Source: Dehalococcoidia bacterium (GTDB lineage: Bacteria; Chloroflexota; Dehalococcoidia; Plut-88900). Taken from it: a DNA stretch of 64,000 nt. Location of the stretch: assembly GCA_965197585.1 (NCBI GenBank), contig OZ240215.1, positions 2,688,001 through 2,752,000 on the forward strand, given 5' to 3'. How positions within the stretch are numbered: the first letter of the stretch is position 1; every line of letters begins with the position of its first letter. A model generated the notes under the pieces. It saw nothing but the letters and a program-made list of their open reading frames with translations. It was not told where the DNA came from and did no database searches. Shown here piece after piece: positions 21,920 to 31,782 of the stretch. Position numbers and translations under genes: made by a program.

Positions 21920-22558
21920 TTAAGAATCCCAGGAGACGTGGCCGTGGATGTCGTCGGGGTGGGAGCGTGACTTAAAGCCGGCGTGGAGACGCTTGGTCTC
22001 GCCGAGGACGCCTTCGTCGCCGTGGCCCGGGTAGATGTTGATGTCGTCGTCCAGGACAATGAGCTTGGTGTCGACGTTGTGGAGGAGTTGCTGAAAGTTC
22101 TCGGGGGTGGTGGTGTAGCCGGGGCCGCCGGGGAAGAGGGTGTCGCCGCTGAAGAGGTGCTTGCCCCAGAGGAGGGAGGTGGCGCCGGGGGTGTGACCGG
22201 GATTGTGGATGGTCCTGAGGGTGATGTTGCCGAAGGAGAAGCTGCCGCCGTCTTCGAAGTGCTGGTCAGCCTTGATGGGAAGCTCGCTTTCGTCGTCGGG
22301 GTGGACGACGAGGGGGATGCCGAGGGCGTCTTTGAGAGCTTTTGTGCCGTCGATATGGTCGAAGTGGGTGTGGGTGAAAAGGACGGCCTGGACATTGGTG
22401 TCCTTGGCCTGATCCAGGACACGCTCGGGCTGAGCGGGGGCGTCGATGATTACGCTCTCGTTGGTCTTGGGGCAGACGACTAGGTAGGCGTTGTTTTCGA
22501 AGTCGCCGGTGACTATCTTCCTGATCTCAATATTTTCGTCTTTGTGCAGTACGGCCAT
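21920..22558 (-). CDS. MBL-fold metallo-hydrolase (glyoxalase II-like)
   Basis: THTHFDHI, PGHTPG, SGDTLF, YPGHG. Confidence 0.92.
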   Translation of the reverse strand: MAVLHKDENIEIRKIVTGDFENNAYLVVCPKTNESVIIDAPAQPERVLDQAKDTNVQAVLFTHTHFDHIDGTKALKDALGIPLVVHPDDESELPIKADQHFEDGGSFSFGNITLRTIHNPGHTPGATSLLWGKHLFSGDTLFPGGPGYTTTPENFQQLLHNVDTKLIVLDDDINIYPGHGDEGVLGETKRLHAGFKSRSHPDDIHGHVSWDS

Positions 22559-22745
22559 GATGTCCTCCAGAGACTGTGTGGGCGGTGGTCAAGGGGTGGT
22601 GTTTGTGGGAGAAAGCTTAGCAAATGGGGGGTGGGGTTGCAATGAGGTGGAGGGGGCGGGCGGCCCCTATTGGGACGGTGATAGGGGATCCAAGAGAAGA
22701 CTAGGGCTACTCGATGAGAAAAGAGGACTTGGGGGCAGACGCCTT

Positions 22746-22890
22746 AGATCCCTCGCGGGGCCTCGGGATGACACAGAACAAGGCGCAAGAAAGGTCAGGA
22801 ACGACGGAGAGGTGGCGTTAAGCGAACTTGACGTATTGGCAGTGCGTGGTCGCCCCCCGCTCGATCCTTCGAGTGCCTCAGGATGAGCGG
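22746..22890. repeat. REP-like repeat cluster (family A copy plus gatccttcgagtgcctcaggatgagcgg)
   Basis: Matches 4332-4359, 29987-30012 and, more weakly, 15889-15915. Confidence 0.7.
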
Positions 22891-22960
22891 CCCCTCACCG
22901 GGGAGGGCGGCCACGAGAGCCGCCCATACGGAAGGGAAGGTCGGGAAGGACGGATGAGTA

Positions 22961-23929
22961 CTAGAGAAGGGGGGCGACTTTGTTGGCCATGAGACCCATC
23001 TGGCGCATGAGGGTGTCGTGGGGTTCCACGCCGTGGCGGACGAAGTCGAATACGAAGTGGTCGAGGCCCGCATCCAGGTAGTTGGATATGCGCTCGGCGC
23101 TCTGTTCCGGGGAGCCAGCGACGGTTACGGCCCCAATGTCTACGGCGTATTCCAGGTCCATCAGGCCGGAGAAATAGTCCTCAATTTCGGCGGTGGACAT
23201 TTCCCTGCCCTCGGTGACTGTGGAGTAAATCCACGCGCTGACCTTGGCCTTCTCTCCCCACTTGCCCGGCGGGGCGTTGTTGAGGCCGGGGAGATACACA
23301 TCGTTAAGCTCGTCGAAGGTGGGCCAGGGGGGATTGATGTACTCGCAGTAGCGTGCGGCGCGTGGAATAGACACGGAGCGGCCACCCCACCAGATGGGTG
23401 GATAGGGCTTCTGGACGGGTTTCGGCTCCATGGAAACGCCGTTCAGCTTGTAGAACTGGCCATCGTAGGTGACTTCGTCCTCGGTCCAGAGGCGGGTAAT
23501 AATTTCAAGCTGCTCGTCGGCGATGGCGCCACGTTTCCGCCGGTCGGCGCCCACGGCGTGGAAGGCTTCATCAACCATGCCAAGGCACATCCCGACTATG
23601 ACCCTGCCATTGGATATGACGTCCAGACTGGCGAAATACTTGGCCCAGTCGAAGGGAGGGAGATAGGGGAGGGGAATGGAGTCGACGGCAATCCGGATTT
23701 TGGATGTGGCGGCGATGATGGCAGGAAGGAGGACACGGGCGTCGAGGATGCTCTTGTTGCCGAAGCGGCCGAAGGGGCCGGCGTCGGGGATGGCGTTCAT
23801 CAGTGGAACGTTGACGGAGTAGAAGCCGAGCTTTTCGGCGTACTGGGCGGCCTCCACAACCTCGGTCATGGTCGGGGGTTTGCGGCCCCACGGGAAGACC
23901 GCGACGCTGAAGTGGTCCATGATGGGCAT
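22961..23929 (-). CDS. LLM-class flavin/F420-dependent oxidoreductase
   Basis: AEKLGF.S, ASLDVISNGR, LWTE..V.YDG.FY, PKPVQKP.PPIW.GG. Confidence 0.9.
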   Translation of the reverse strand: MPIMDHFSVAVFPWGRKPPTMTEVVEAAQYAEKLGFYSVNVPLMNAIPDAGPFGRFGNKSILDARVLLPAIIAATSKIRIAVDSIPLPYLPPFDWAKYFASLDVISNGRVIVGMCLGMVDEAFHAVGADRRKRGAIADEQLEIITRLWTEDEVTYDGQFYKLNGVSMEPKPVQKPYPPIWWGGRSVSIPRAARYCEYINPPWPTFDELNDVYLPGLNNAPPGKWGEKAKVSAWIYSTVTEGREMSTAEIEDYFSGLMDLEYAVDIGAVTVAGSPEQSAERISNYLDAGLDHFVFDFVRHGVEPHDTLMRQMGLMANKVAPLL

Positions 23930-24089
23930 GTGGTCTGGCCTCCAAGCTTGTTTGTTTGGGTGAGTATATCAGGGGGAGGATGAAGTGGGACGCGTGGGTG
24001 GCATGAAGAAGTTCAGGGATGCTGTGATATTAAGTGTTATGATCTGGCGACCGAATTTTGGATCATTCATGTATTTCGAAAGGTGAAAA

Positions 24090-24428
24090 ATGGGAAAATA
24101 CGTAGCGCTCTATTACTCATCGCCTGAGGTTATGGAGTCGATGAAGAATGCTGCACCGGAGGATATGCAAGAAGGCATTAAGTCCTGGATGGCCTGGGGT
24201 CAAAAGTGCGGGGACGGCATCGTGGACTTCGGGGCGCCTCTCGGGGGCGGGATGAAAGTTGGGAAGTCGGGAAGCTCTCCGAGCGGCAGCGATGTGATGA
24301 TGTACTCGATTTTGCAGGCGGAGAGTATGGAAGGGGCGCTGGCCCTGATGCAGGACCATCCGCACTTGAGTTGGCCGGGCGACGGCGAGATCGAAGTTTA
24401 CGAGTGCATGAATCTCCCGCCGATGTAA
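24090..24428 (+). CDS. YCII-related protein
   Basis: W.AW.......VD.GAPL, YSILQAES...A.....HPH, IEVYE. Confidence 0.75.
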   Translation: MGKYVALYYSSPEVMESMKNAAPEDMQEGIKSWMAWGQKCGDGIVDFGAPLGGGMKVGKSGSSPSGSDVMMYSILQAESMEGALALMQDHPHLSWPGDGEIEVYECMNLPPM

Positions 24429-24433
24429 GCACC

Positions 24434-26869
24434 CTAAGCGACTATATTCACCAGCCGACCCGGTACGTAGACGACTTTCCGAGGCCCGTTCTTCATGAAG
24501 GCCCTTATCCGGTCGCTGGATAGGGCTACTTCCTTCGCCTCTTCCTCGGTGATGCCCGCCGAGACTGTTACCCGGTCTCTGACCTTGCCGTTGACCTGCA
24601 CAACGAGGGTGACTTCTTCCTCTGCGGCGAGGGCATCGTCCCATTGGGGGAAGGGTTGATTGTGAATGCTGTATTCGTAGCCTTTAGCGGCCCACAACTC
24701 CTCGGCGAGGTGGGGGGCGGTTGGGGCGAGCATTAGCAGCAACGCCCTTATCGACTCTCTCCAAGTCTCCGCGTCCACCGACCCTTCATCCAGGGCTCGG
24801 GCGAGGTGGTTGGTGAACTCCATCAGCGAAGCTAACGCAGTATTGAAATGGAACCGGTCCAGGTCCTGGTGCACCTTCTTGATGGTCTTGTGCAGCATGT
24901 GAATCGTCTGTTTAGACGACTTGCCGGGCCCCAATTCGGGGTCGTCCCGCTCCGTCAGGTCCCAGACCCGGTTGTACCAGCGCACTATCCCGTTTATCCC
25001 CTGGTCGACCCACTCTCCACCCTGGTCCCACGGCCCGATGAACATCAGGTATCCGCGAACGACGTCGGCGCCTACGGTGTCGACGTACTCGTCGGGGGTG
25101 ATGACGTTGCCACGGGACTTGCTCATCTTCTGCCTGTCGCTGATGATGATGCCCTGGTTGTAGAGCCTGACGAAGGGCTCGTCGAAGTCGAGCAGGCCGA
25201 TGTCTCGCAGGGCTTTGACGAAGAAGCGGGCGTAGAGCAGGTGCATCACCGCGTGCTCGGCGCCGCCGGTGTACTGGTCGACGGGCAGCCAGTGCTTGAT
25301 CTCCTCCGGTTTGAAAGCCGAGTCCCCGGAGTTGGGGGAAGCGTACTTTAAGAAGTACCAGGAGGAGCACATGAAGGTGTCCATGGTGTCGGTCTCCCGG
25401 CGAGCCGGGCCCCCACACTCGGGGCAGGTAGTATTCACAAACTCTTTGTGGAACGTGAGGGGTGATTCGCCGGTGGGTCTGAACTCGGCGTCTTCCGGTA
25501 GCAGCACCGGAAGTTGGTCCTCGGGGATGGGGACTATGCCGCAGGCGTTGCAATAGACCATAGGTATCGGGGCTCCCCAATACCGTTGGCGGGATATGAG
25601 CCAATCACGGATACGGTAAGAGACTGTGCCGCCACCGATGCCCTGCTCCTCCAAGGCTCGTGTAACAGCCTGCTTCCCATCTTCATTCCCAAGGCCCACG
25701 AACTGTCCTGAGTTGACCATCTCCCCGGGCCCCGTGTAAGCCTCCACAAAGTCCTCGCCGCCCCATCCAGGCGGAGCGATTACCGTCCTGATGGGAAGGT
25801 CATATTTCTTGGCGTATGCAAAGTCCCGGGTGTCGTGGGCGGGGACGCCCATGACGGCACCGGTGCCGTAGGTGAGAAGTGCGTAGTCGGCGATGAAGAT
25901 GGGGACCTTCTCGCCGTTCAGGCGGTTGGTGCAGTAGGCACCGATGAATACTCCCGTCTTCTCCTTGTCCGTAGCAAGCCGCTCTATCTCGGAGCGCCGC
26001 CTCGTCTCCTCGACGTAGGCTTGTACCTCTTCCTTCTTGTCAGGAGTAGTGAGCTGGGAAACCAGCGGATGCTCTGGGGCGAGAACCATGAAGGTCACGC
26101 CGAACACGGTGTCGGGACGGGTGGTGAAGACTCTTATCTCGGTTTGCTCAAGGCCGTACTCCTCGATGCTGAATGCAATCTCAGCTCCCTGGCTCTTGCC
26201 GATCCAGTTGGACTGCATCGTGTTTATGCGGTCGGGCCACTGGATGCTGCTGAAGTCGAGGAGTTCATCGGCGTACCTGGTGATCCTGAAGAACCACTGC
26301 TCCAAGTCTCTCCTGGTCACCGAGGAGGTACAACGTTCGCACGTACCGTCGGGGAGGACTTGCTCGTTGGCAAGGGTAGTCTGGCAGGTCGGGCACCAGT
26401 TGGCGGGGGCCTTGTTTCGGTACGCGAGCCCTGCATGGAACAGCTTGAGGAAAAGCCACTGAGTCCATTTATAGTAATCGGGCAGGGAGGTCACGACCTC
26501 ACGGTCCCAGTCGTACACAGCGCCAATGCGCTTGAGCTGCCGGCGCATGTTCTCGACGTTGCGCATGGTCCACAAGTGGGGATGGATGCCGTTCTTGATG
26601 GCGGCGTTCTCGGCGGGGAGTCCGAACGCGTCGAAACCCATGGGGTGGAGGACGTTGTAGCCCTGCATGCGCTTGAAACGGGCGTGGACGTCCGCGGGGG
26701 CCATAGCGTACCAGTGGCCGATGTGCAGGTTCCCGGAGGTGTACGGGAACATGGTGAGCTCATACCACTTGGGCTTGCCGGGGTCTTGATCCACGCGGTA
26801 CAGCCGGTCCTTGTTCCACCTTTGCTGCCACTTGGTCTCTATTGCTGACGGGTCGTATCTCAGGGGCAT
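24434..26869 (-). CDS. leuS: Leucine--tRNA ligase
   Basis: MFPYTSGNLHIGH, FTTRPDT editing domain, GGAEHAVMHLLY, KMSKS. Confidence 0.99.
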   Translation of the reverse strand: MPLRYDPSAIETKWQQRWNKDRLYRVDQDPGKPKWYELTMFPYTSGNLHIGHWYAMAPADVHARFKRMQGYNVLHPMGFDAFGLPAENAAIKNGIHPHLWTMRNVENMRRQLKRIGAVYDWDREVVTSLPDYYKWTQWLFLKLFHAGLAYRNKAPANWCPTCQTTLANEQVLPDGTCERCTSSVTRRDLEQWFFRITRYADELLDFSSIQWPDRINTMQSNWIGKSQGAEIAFSIEEYGLEQTEIRVFTTRPDTVFGVTFMVLAPEHPLVSQLTTPDKKEEVQAYVEETRRRSEIERLATDKEKTGVFIGAYCTNRLNGEKVPIFIADYALLTYGTGAVMGVPAHDTRDFAYAKKYDLPIRTVIAPPGWGGEDFVEAYTGPGEMVNSGQFVGLGNEDGKQAVTRALEEQGIGGGTVSYRIRDWLISRQRYWGAPIPMVYCNACGIVPIPEDQLPVLLPEDAEFRPTGESPLTFHKEFVNTTCPECGGPARRETDTMDTFMCSSWYFLKYASPNSGDSAFKPEEIKHWLPVDQYTGGAEHAVMHLLYARFFVKALRDIGLLDFDEPFVRLYNQGIIISDRQKMSKSRGNVITPDEYVDTVGADVVRGYLMFIGPWDQGGEWVDQGINGIVRWYNRVWDLTERDDPELGPGKSSKQTIHMLHKTIKKVHQDLDRFHFNTALASLMEFTNHLARALDEGSVDAETWRESIRALLLMLAPTAPHLAEELWAAKGYEYSIHNQPFPQWDDALAAEEEVTLVVQVNGKVRDRVTVSAGITEEEAKEVALSSDRIRAFMKNGPRKVVYVPGRLVNIVA

Positions 26870-26977
26870 TTAACTGTCCGTTCTCCTAAGTCCTAACTCT
26901 CCCGACAATCGCAAAAGCTACCACGGGGTGGGTGGGTGTGCAAGGATGGGCACTCGTTCGGGCGGGTTGGTGATGCG

Positions 26978-27705
26978 CCGGGTTTTCTTCAGTCCTCCTG
27001 AGGCGGATCCTTCAGAGGCGGATGTTCCATCTTCGATTGTGGGGTTTCGGTTTGGTTTGTTTGGGAGGGGGCAGGCGATGGAAGGTCCGGGACTAGAAAC
27101 CAGGCCGGAGGTTGTTGCCGAGCCGTCGGCGCCGGGCTGGATTATCCCCACATGTTGTCGGCTGTGGTCAGGGTTGTGTGGGGCCGATCCCACCGGCAGC
27201 GGCACTTGACCGGACCGCTGACGGGGAAGATGCCGCCTGAGGCGGTCTTTCAGAACCGGCGTCCCGGTGCATCCGCCGGGTAGACGGATGGCAGGGACGG
27301 CGGGACAAACAAGGACACGAGGGCCTTGCTAAACCGGGGGTCGGTTGACTTACCCGGGAAACCGGCACGCAATGGGCCGGGGTAAACGCACCCGGTAATG
27401 GGGGCGTTGAATCGGCAGGGGCCCTGGACGGGGCCTGCCGCGTATAGTCTGTGGACATTCCATCGCCTGGAAATTGGGGGAAGGGGCACGGGACCCGGGG
27501 GAAGAGGAGATGGCGACTTTTGCTTGAGCCGCGGGTCCTTGGTAGGGCCGTTGGGATGGGCTGAGGCGTTGAGTCCTCGGGTGGGTCTAGTGGGCTTCCC
27601 TGGGTTGTGGTTCCTCCTTGAGATAGTTGGATTGGTGTTCGAACGGTGGGGAGCATAGCACAAGTGTTCAGGTAGGGTCAAGGGGTTCGTGTCACTTTTG
27701 GGGGG
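26978..27705 (-). ncRNA. Putative large structured non-coding element, copy 2
   Basis: See copy 1. Closing stem 27072-27088/27453-27469 (16 of 17 bp). Confidence 0.6.
27652..27681 (-). promoter_or_regulatory. Promoter TTGACC-N18-TATGCT with LexA-like box GAAC-ACTT-GTGC (27658-27669)
   Basis: Positionally identical to the copy 1 promoter; shares the upstream aaaagtgacacgaaccccttgacc. Confidence 0.6.
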
Positions 27706-27726
27706 ACACCGCCCCAGCCCCACAGG

Positions 27727-27926
27727 GGAACCCTCACCCCCTTGATCCCCCTCTCACGCCACGGGCGCACGCCCAGGCGCATCTACGACATCTTCGACCC
27801 TTAGGGCGGTCAAGGGAGAGGGGGAAATAAGAATAGAGGTCCACGTGCGTGCCCTGCACGCACGTGGACCTCTAATTCAGTACTTGGGGAGGGGGATGGA
27901 TTCCCGATCAGGGTGGGGAATGACGG
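27727..27926. repeat. REP-like palindrome cluster
   Basis: tccccctctc...gagaggggga arms, ggtccacgtgcgtg/cacgcacgtggacc hairpin, atggattcccgatcagggtggggaatgacg. Confidence 0.6.
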
Positions 27927-27976
27927 GGGGTGGGGGAAGGTTGACCGGTGTCGGGGGTGGGGATAGGGTGGGGGGG

Positions 27977-29527
27977 ATGAAGATTGTGAGTGCGGCGGCG
28001 ATAGCCCTGATTGTTGCGCTGGTCGGTTGCTCCGGCACTGAGGAAGTACCATCCCCTACCCCCGACGTGGGCAGAGCCGTGGAGACGGCGGTGGTGGAAG
28101 CACTACCAACCGCCACGCCTACCGCACCGCCTGATGTCAACGCTACGATAGAGGCAGGTATGGCGGCGACGATGGCGTCAATTCCACCCACAACTATCCC
28201 CGCGCCCTCACCTGTTCTTCCGCCCACACCAGTGCCAACGCCCACTCCTGTACCTACTCCAACCCCAATTCCTACGGCAACCCCTACGCCCGTGCCCACC
28301 CCTGCACCTGTGCCCACACCTGTCCCAATCGCCACCCCGACCCCTGCCCCTACTCCAACGCCAACCCCGACCCCGACCCCCACACCCAGCCCGACACCTC
28401 AGCCCTTGGCCACCACGCCACCGCCAGAGTGGGTCTTCACGTCCAAGGTATCTGAGGCCGACAAGGACCGCTTACAGCAGACTATGGAGGACGTGCGGGC
28501 CTTCTTCTCCCATCGGTACGGGGTGGAGGCCTCCGACTTCATCGTCGTTGCCGGCCACTACGATGGAATCGACGCTCACAGCCGGAGGCTGACGGGTCAG
28601 CCCGCCCCTAAAGAGCCTGGAGGGTGGGTGAGCAAAACGTTGGACGATAGTGCATTCATGGGCGTGATCCACATGGAGGACGCCGGAAGGTTCACCTACG
28701 GATGGCAAGTCATAGCCCACGAGTACTTCCACGTCCTGCAGGGCATGCTCAACGGGGGATCGAGCTACATATCTCCCGGTGAACGGGCTCCCACGTGGCT
28801 TGTGGAGGGACACGCTGTCTATGCCAACCACCTATACTCACAGGAGGAAGGAGCGGCAGAAACACGACTCCTGGCTGTCTCCGACTTCAAGAGAGAAAAC
28901 CCTGAAGCCAAACTGGGTGACCTGCGCCAGGTCGATGTGCACTGGAATAACGACAGAAGTTATGTCTACGGCGTAGGGCTAGCCGCCGCACAATACCTGG
29001 GAGACCCCGCATACCTGGAGTTCTGGAAGGCGATGGGGCAGGGAATGGGATGGAGGGATGCTTTGGGCCAAGTGTCCGATGTCGACTTCGATGAGTTCAA
29101 CCGCAGCTTCATGGAATGGTTGCCATCCCACATCCCCCAACCAATGTTGGTGTCTGTGGATGTAGCCTGGCCGGGGTTGGGGTCTCCGGCGCTTACACGG
29201 GAGGAATATCTCACCTTCGGCATCGAGTGGGTGCCAAACTGGCCGTTTCCCACCTCGCGCTCAAGCTGGTCAGGTGATGCCAGGCTAACCCGTACCTTCC
29301 TCGGCAACACTGCAGGCGTAGGGTACGTGTGCCTTAAGTGGGACGGCACAGGACGGGATTTCAGCTATGCACCCGAGGTACTTGGCTGGTATTCGGACGG
29401 GAGGCTGGTCTCACGCGAGGACGCCGAGCTAATCGAGTTCACGGGCGAGGATCTCACCCTGAAAGACTGGAGTCTGCCTAGGCACCCGGATACACTACAG
29501 GCCGTGCCTGGCATACATTGCAACTAA
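27977..29527 (+). CDS. Lipoprotein with long Pro/Thr repeat linker and HExxH zinc-metallopeptidase-like domain
   Basis: Lipobox LVGC; (PT)n tract ~28190-28420; IAHEYFH...P.WLVEG.A gluzincin-like motif. Confidence 0.8.
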   Translation: MKIVSAAAIALIVALVGCSGTEEVPSPTPDVGRAVETAVVEALPTATPTAPPDVNATIEAGMAATMASIPPTTIPAPSPVLPPTPVPTPTPVPTPTPIPTATPTPVPTPAPVPTPVPIATPTPAPTPTPTPTPTPTPSPTPQPLATTPPPEWVFTSKVSEADKDRLQQTMEDVRAFFSHRYGVEASDFIVVAGHYDGIDAHSRRLTGQPAPKEPGGWVSKTLDDSAFMGVIHMEDAGRFTYGWQVIAHEYFHVLQGMLNGGSSYISPGERAPTWLVEGHAVYANHLYSQEEGAAETRLLAVSDFKRENPEAKLGDLRQVDVHWNNDRSYVYGVGLAAAQYLGDPAYLEFWKAMGQGMGWRDALGQVSDVDFDEFNRSFMEWLPSHIPQPMLVSVDVAWPGLGSPALTREEYLTFGIEWVPNWPFPTSRSSWSGDARLTRTFLGNTAGVGYVCLKWDGTGRDFSYAPEVLGWYSDGRLVSREDAELIEFTGEDLTLKDWSLPRHPDTLQAVPGIHCN

Positions 29528-29593
29528 GACAAGCAAAGCCCCCGGCTCGGAGGACTACCAATCAAACGAGCTGTGGGCTGAAAGGAGAGGCTA

Positions 29594-29872
29594 ATGGATG
29601 AGAAATTGCCGTCAATCCCTGGATATGTTGCAGGGATATTCTTTAACGCTGTGGCAGCGGCGGTTGTTGAACTGGATCATCTTCCACGTAGCAAGAGAAC
29701 CAGTGCCCAGTTTCAGAAAGTCATCCACGACTGGGTTGGCATTTTGACTGGGCCGAACCGGCCCTTCGAAGCTCTTGCAACACCCGTTCAAGAGTTACAG
29801 GAAACGCTTGATATAGGGATAGACGAAGCTCGCAAGCTTCGTCCTCGCAACAAACCATCTGCTCACCTGTGA
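29594..29872 (+). CDS. Hypothetical protein
   Basis: 92 aa ORF with AAGGAGAGG SD; no recognised motif. Confidence 0.5.
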   Translation: MDEKLPSIPGYVAGIFFNAVAAAVVELDHLPRSKRTSAQFQKVIHDWVGILTGPNRPFEALATPVQELQETLDIGIDEARKLRPRNKPSAHL

Positions 29873-29986
29873 CCGAGATCATGCCACCAAGTCCTGATAC
29901 CTCAGCCGCTTGTCCTCCAACCCATGACCAGGAGACCCATGCGGTCCAAGGTGTCCCCCGAGCGGCTGTTAGGTCTGTCCCATCCC

Positions 29987-30012
29987 AGATTCCTCGCGGG
30001 CCTCGGGATGAC
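29987..30012. repeat. REP-like repeat, family A
   Basis: agattcctcgcgggcctcgggatgac. Confidence 0.75.
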
Positions 30013-30108
30013 GATTGTGCAAGGGTCGCTGAAGGGGTTACCGATGCTTGCTCTGCTATAATCAGCGCAGCGGCCATCGTGGCTAAATTCCATTGCGAGG
30101 TCCCTGAA

Positions 30109-31512
30109 ATGTCCCCTAAAACGATGTTCGAGAAGATTTGGGATGCACATGTTGTGCACCAGGACCCGGGGCAGGACGCGATTCTGTACGTGGACCTTCA
30201 CCTGGTACACGAAGTTACGTCTCCGCAGGCTTTTGAAGGGCTGCGGTTGTCGGGGAGACCGGTGCGTCGGCCTGAGTTGACCGTTGCGACTGTCGACCAC
30301 TCCATTCCTACCTGGGAGCGTACGCGTCCTACGGAGGACCCTATCGCCGCGCAGCAGATCGCCACTATGCAGCAGAACGCGAAAGACAACCGTCTGCCGT
30401 TCTACGACATTCACAGCGACGGGCAGGGCATCGTCCACGTGATCGGGCCTCAGTTGGGATACACGAGGCCGGGAATGCTCATAGTATGCGGGGACAGTCA
30501 CACGTCAACACACGGGGCATTTGGGTCGATGGGCATGGCAATCGGGACTACGCAGGCCGAGCACGTTCTCGCCACGCAGTGCGTCCAGCAGGCCAACCTG
30601 AAGACGATGGAGGTGCGCCTGACGGGCAGCCTGCCCCCGGGGGTCGCCGCCAAGGACATCATCCTGGGCATCATCGGAGAGATAGGCATAGATGGGGCGA
30701 GTGGCTATGCAGTCGAGTACACGGGTGAGGCCATCCGGGGACTGTCGATGGAAGGTCGGATGACCGTGTGCAACATGTCAATTGAGGCGGGGGCTCGGAT
30801 CGGGATGGTTGCCCCGGACGAGACCACCTTCAACTATGTCAAAGGCCGACGGTTTGCACCCAAGGGCGACGCATGGGATGAGGCGGTCGAAAACTGGAAG
30901 AAGCTCCCGACCGACGCAGGTGCTGAGTACGACAGAGTTCTCGAAATCGACGCCTCTGCGATGGAGCCCTACGTGACCTGGGGTACGAACCCTGGAATGG
31001 TGGCTCGGGTGACGGGCAACGTACCGGACCCGGCATCAATGGACTCGCCTGTAGAAAAGGAAGCTACAGAACGGGCCCTGCACTACATGGGCCTGGAGCC
31101 CGGCGAGGCAATCGAAGAGATCAAGATAGACCGAGCCTTCATCGGCTCATGCACAAACTCCCGGATTGAGGACCTGCGCATTGCCGCCGAGGTTGCCAAG
31201 GGGCGCACAGTCGACCCAAAGGTGTACGCCATGGTGGTGCCGGGGTCGTGGGCGGTTAAGCGTCAGGCCGAAGAGGAAGGGCTCGACAGGATATTCAAGG
31301 ACGCGGGTTTCGACTGGCGGGAGGCGGGGTGCTCCATGTGCCTGGGCATGAACCCCGACATTCTGCAGCCCGGCGAACGCTGTGCCTCGACATCCAATCG
31401 CAACTTCGAAGGTCGGCAGGGCAAGGGGGGCAGGACTCATCTCGTTAGCCCCGCTATGGCTGCGGCTGCGGCGATTACCGGGCACTTCGTCGATATTCGG
31501 GAGTGGAAGTAG
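30109..31512 (+). CDS. leuC: 3-isopropylmalate dehydratase large subunit
   Basis: [50 protein letters not shown]. Confidence 0.97.
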   Translation: MSPKTMFEKIWDAHVVHQDPGQDAILYVDLHLVHEVTSPQAFEGLRLSGRPVRRPELTVATVDHSIPTWERTRPTEDPIAAQQIATMQQNAKDNRLPFYDIHSDGQGIVHVIGPQLGYTRPGMLIVCGDSHTSTHGAFGSMGMAIGTTQAEHVLATQCVQQANLKTMEVRLTGSLPPGVAAKDIILGIIGEIGIDGASGYAVEYTGEAIRGLSMEGRMTVCNMSIEAGARIGMVAPDETTFNYVKGRRFAPKGDAWDEAVENWKKLPTDAGAEYDRVLEIDASAMEPYVTWGTNPGMVARVTGNVPDPASMDSPVEKEATERALHYMGLEPGEAIEEIKIDRAFIGSCTNSRIEDLRIAAEVAKGRTVDPKVYAMVVPGSWAVKRQAEEEGLDRIFKDAGFDWREAGCSMCLGMNPDILQPGERCASTSNRNFEGRQGKGGRTHLVSPAMAAAAAITGHFVDIREWK

Positions 31513-31523
31513 GTGGACCCGAA

Positions 31524-31727
31524 ATGAAGGTCACGGTCGTCTTGGAACCCAGTGAGGAGGGTGGATACACCGTTTTCGTTCCAAACCTTCCGGGATGCAT
31601 CAGCCAAGGCGACACTCGTGAGGAGGCGTTGGGGAATATAAGGGAGGCCATTGAGTTGTACTTGGAGCTTACCGAACACGACTACACGATCGAGAAGAAC
31701 TCGGAAATAGTAGAACTGGCACTCTAA
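31524..31727 (+). CDS. Short HicB-family (UPF0150) antitoxin, orphan
   Basis: EEGGYTV.VP.LPGCISQGDT.EEAL.NIREAI.LYL. Confidence 0.88.
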   Translation: MKVTVVLEPSEEGGYTVFVPNLPGCISQGDTREEALGNIREAIELYLELTEHDYTIEKNSEIVELAL

Positions 31728-31782
31728 AGCGTACTTTAGTCAAGAATTGTGAAAGTATTTAGCCCCGAGGTCATTTGCAACC

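Noticed and set aside
26870-27700. T-box leader expected upstream of leuS
   Set aside because: No GGTGGNACCGCG T-box, specifier stem or terminator on the minus strand; the region instead matches the element upstream of uvrA.
28190-28420. Tandem DNA repeats
   Set aside because: They encode the Pro/Thr linker, with synonymous variation.
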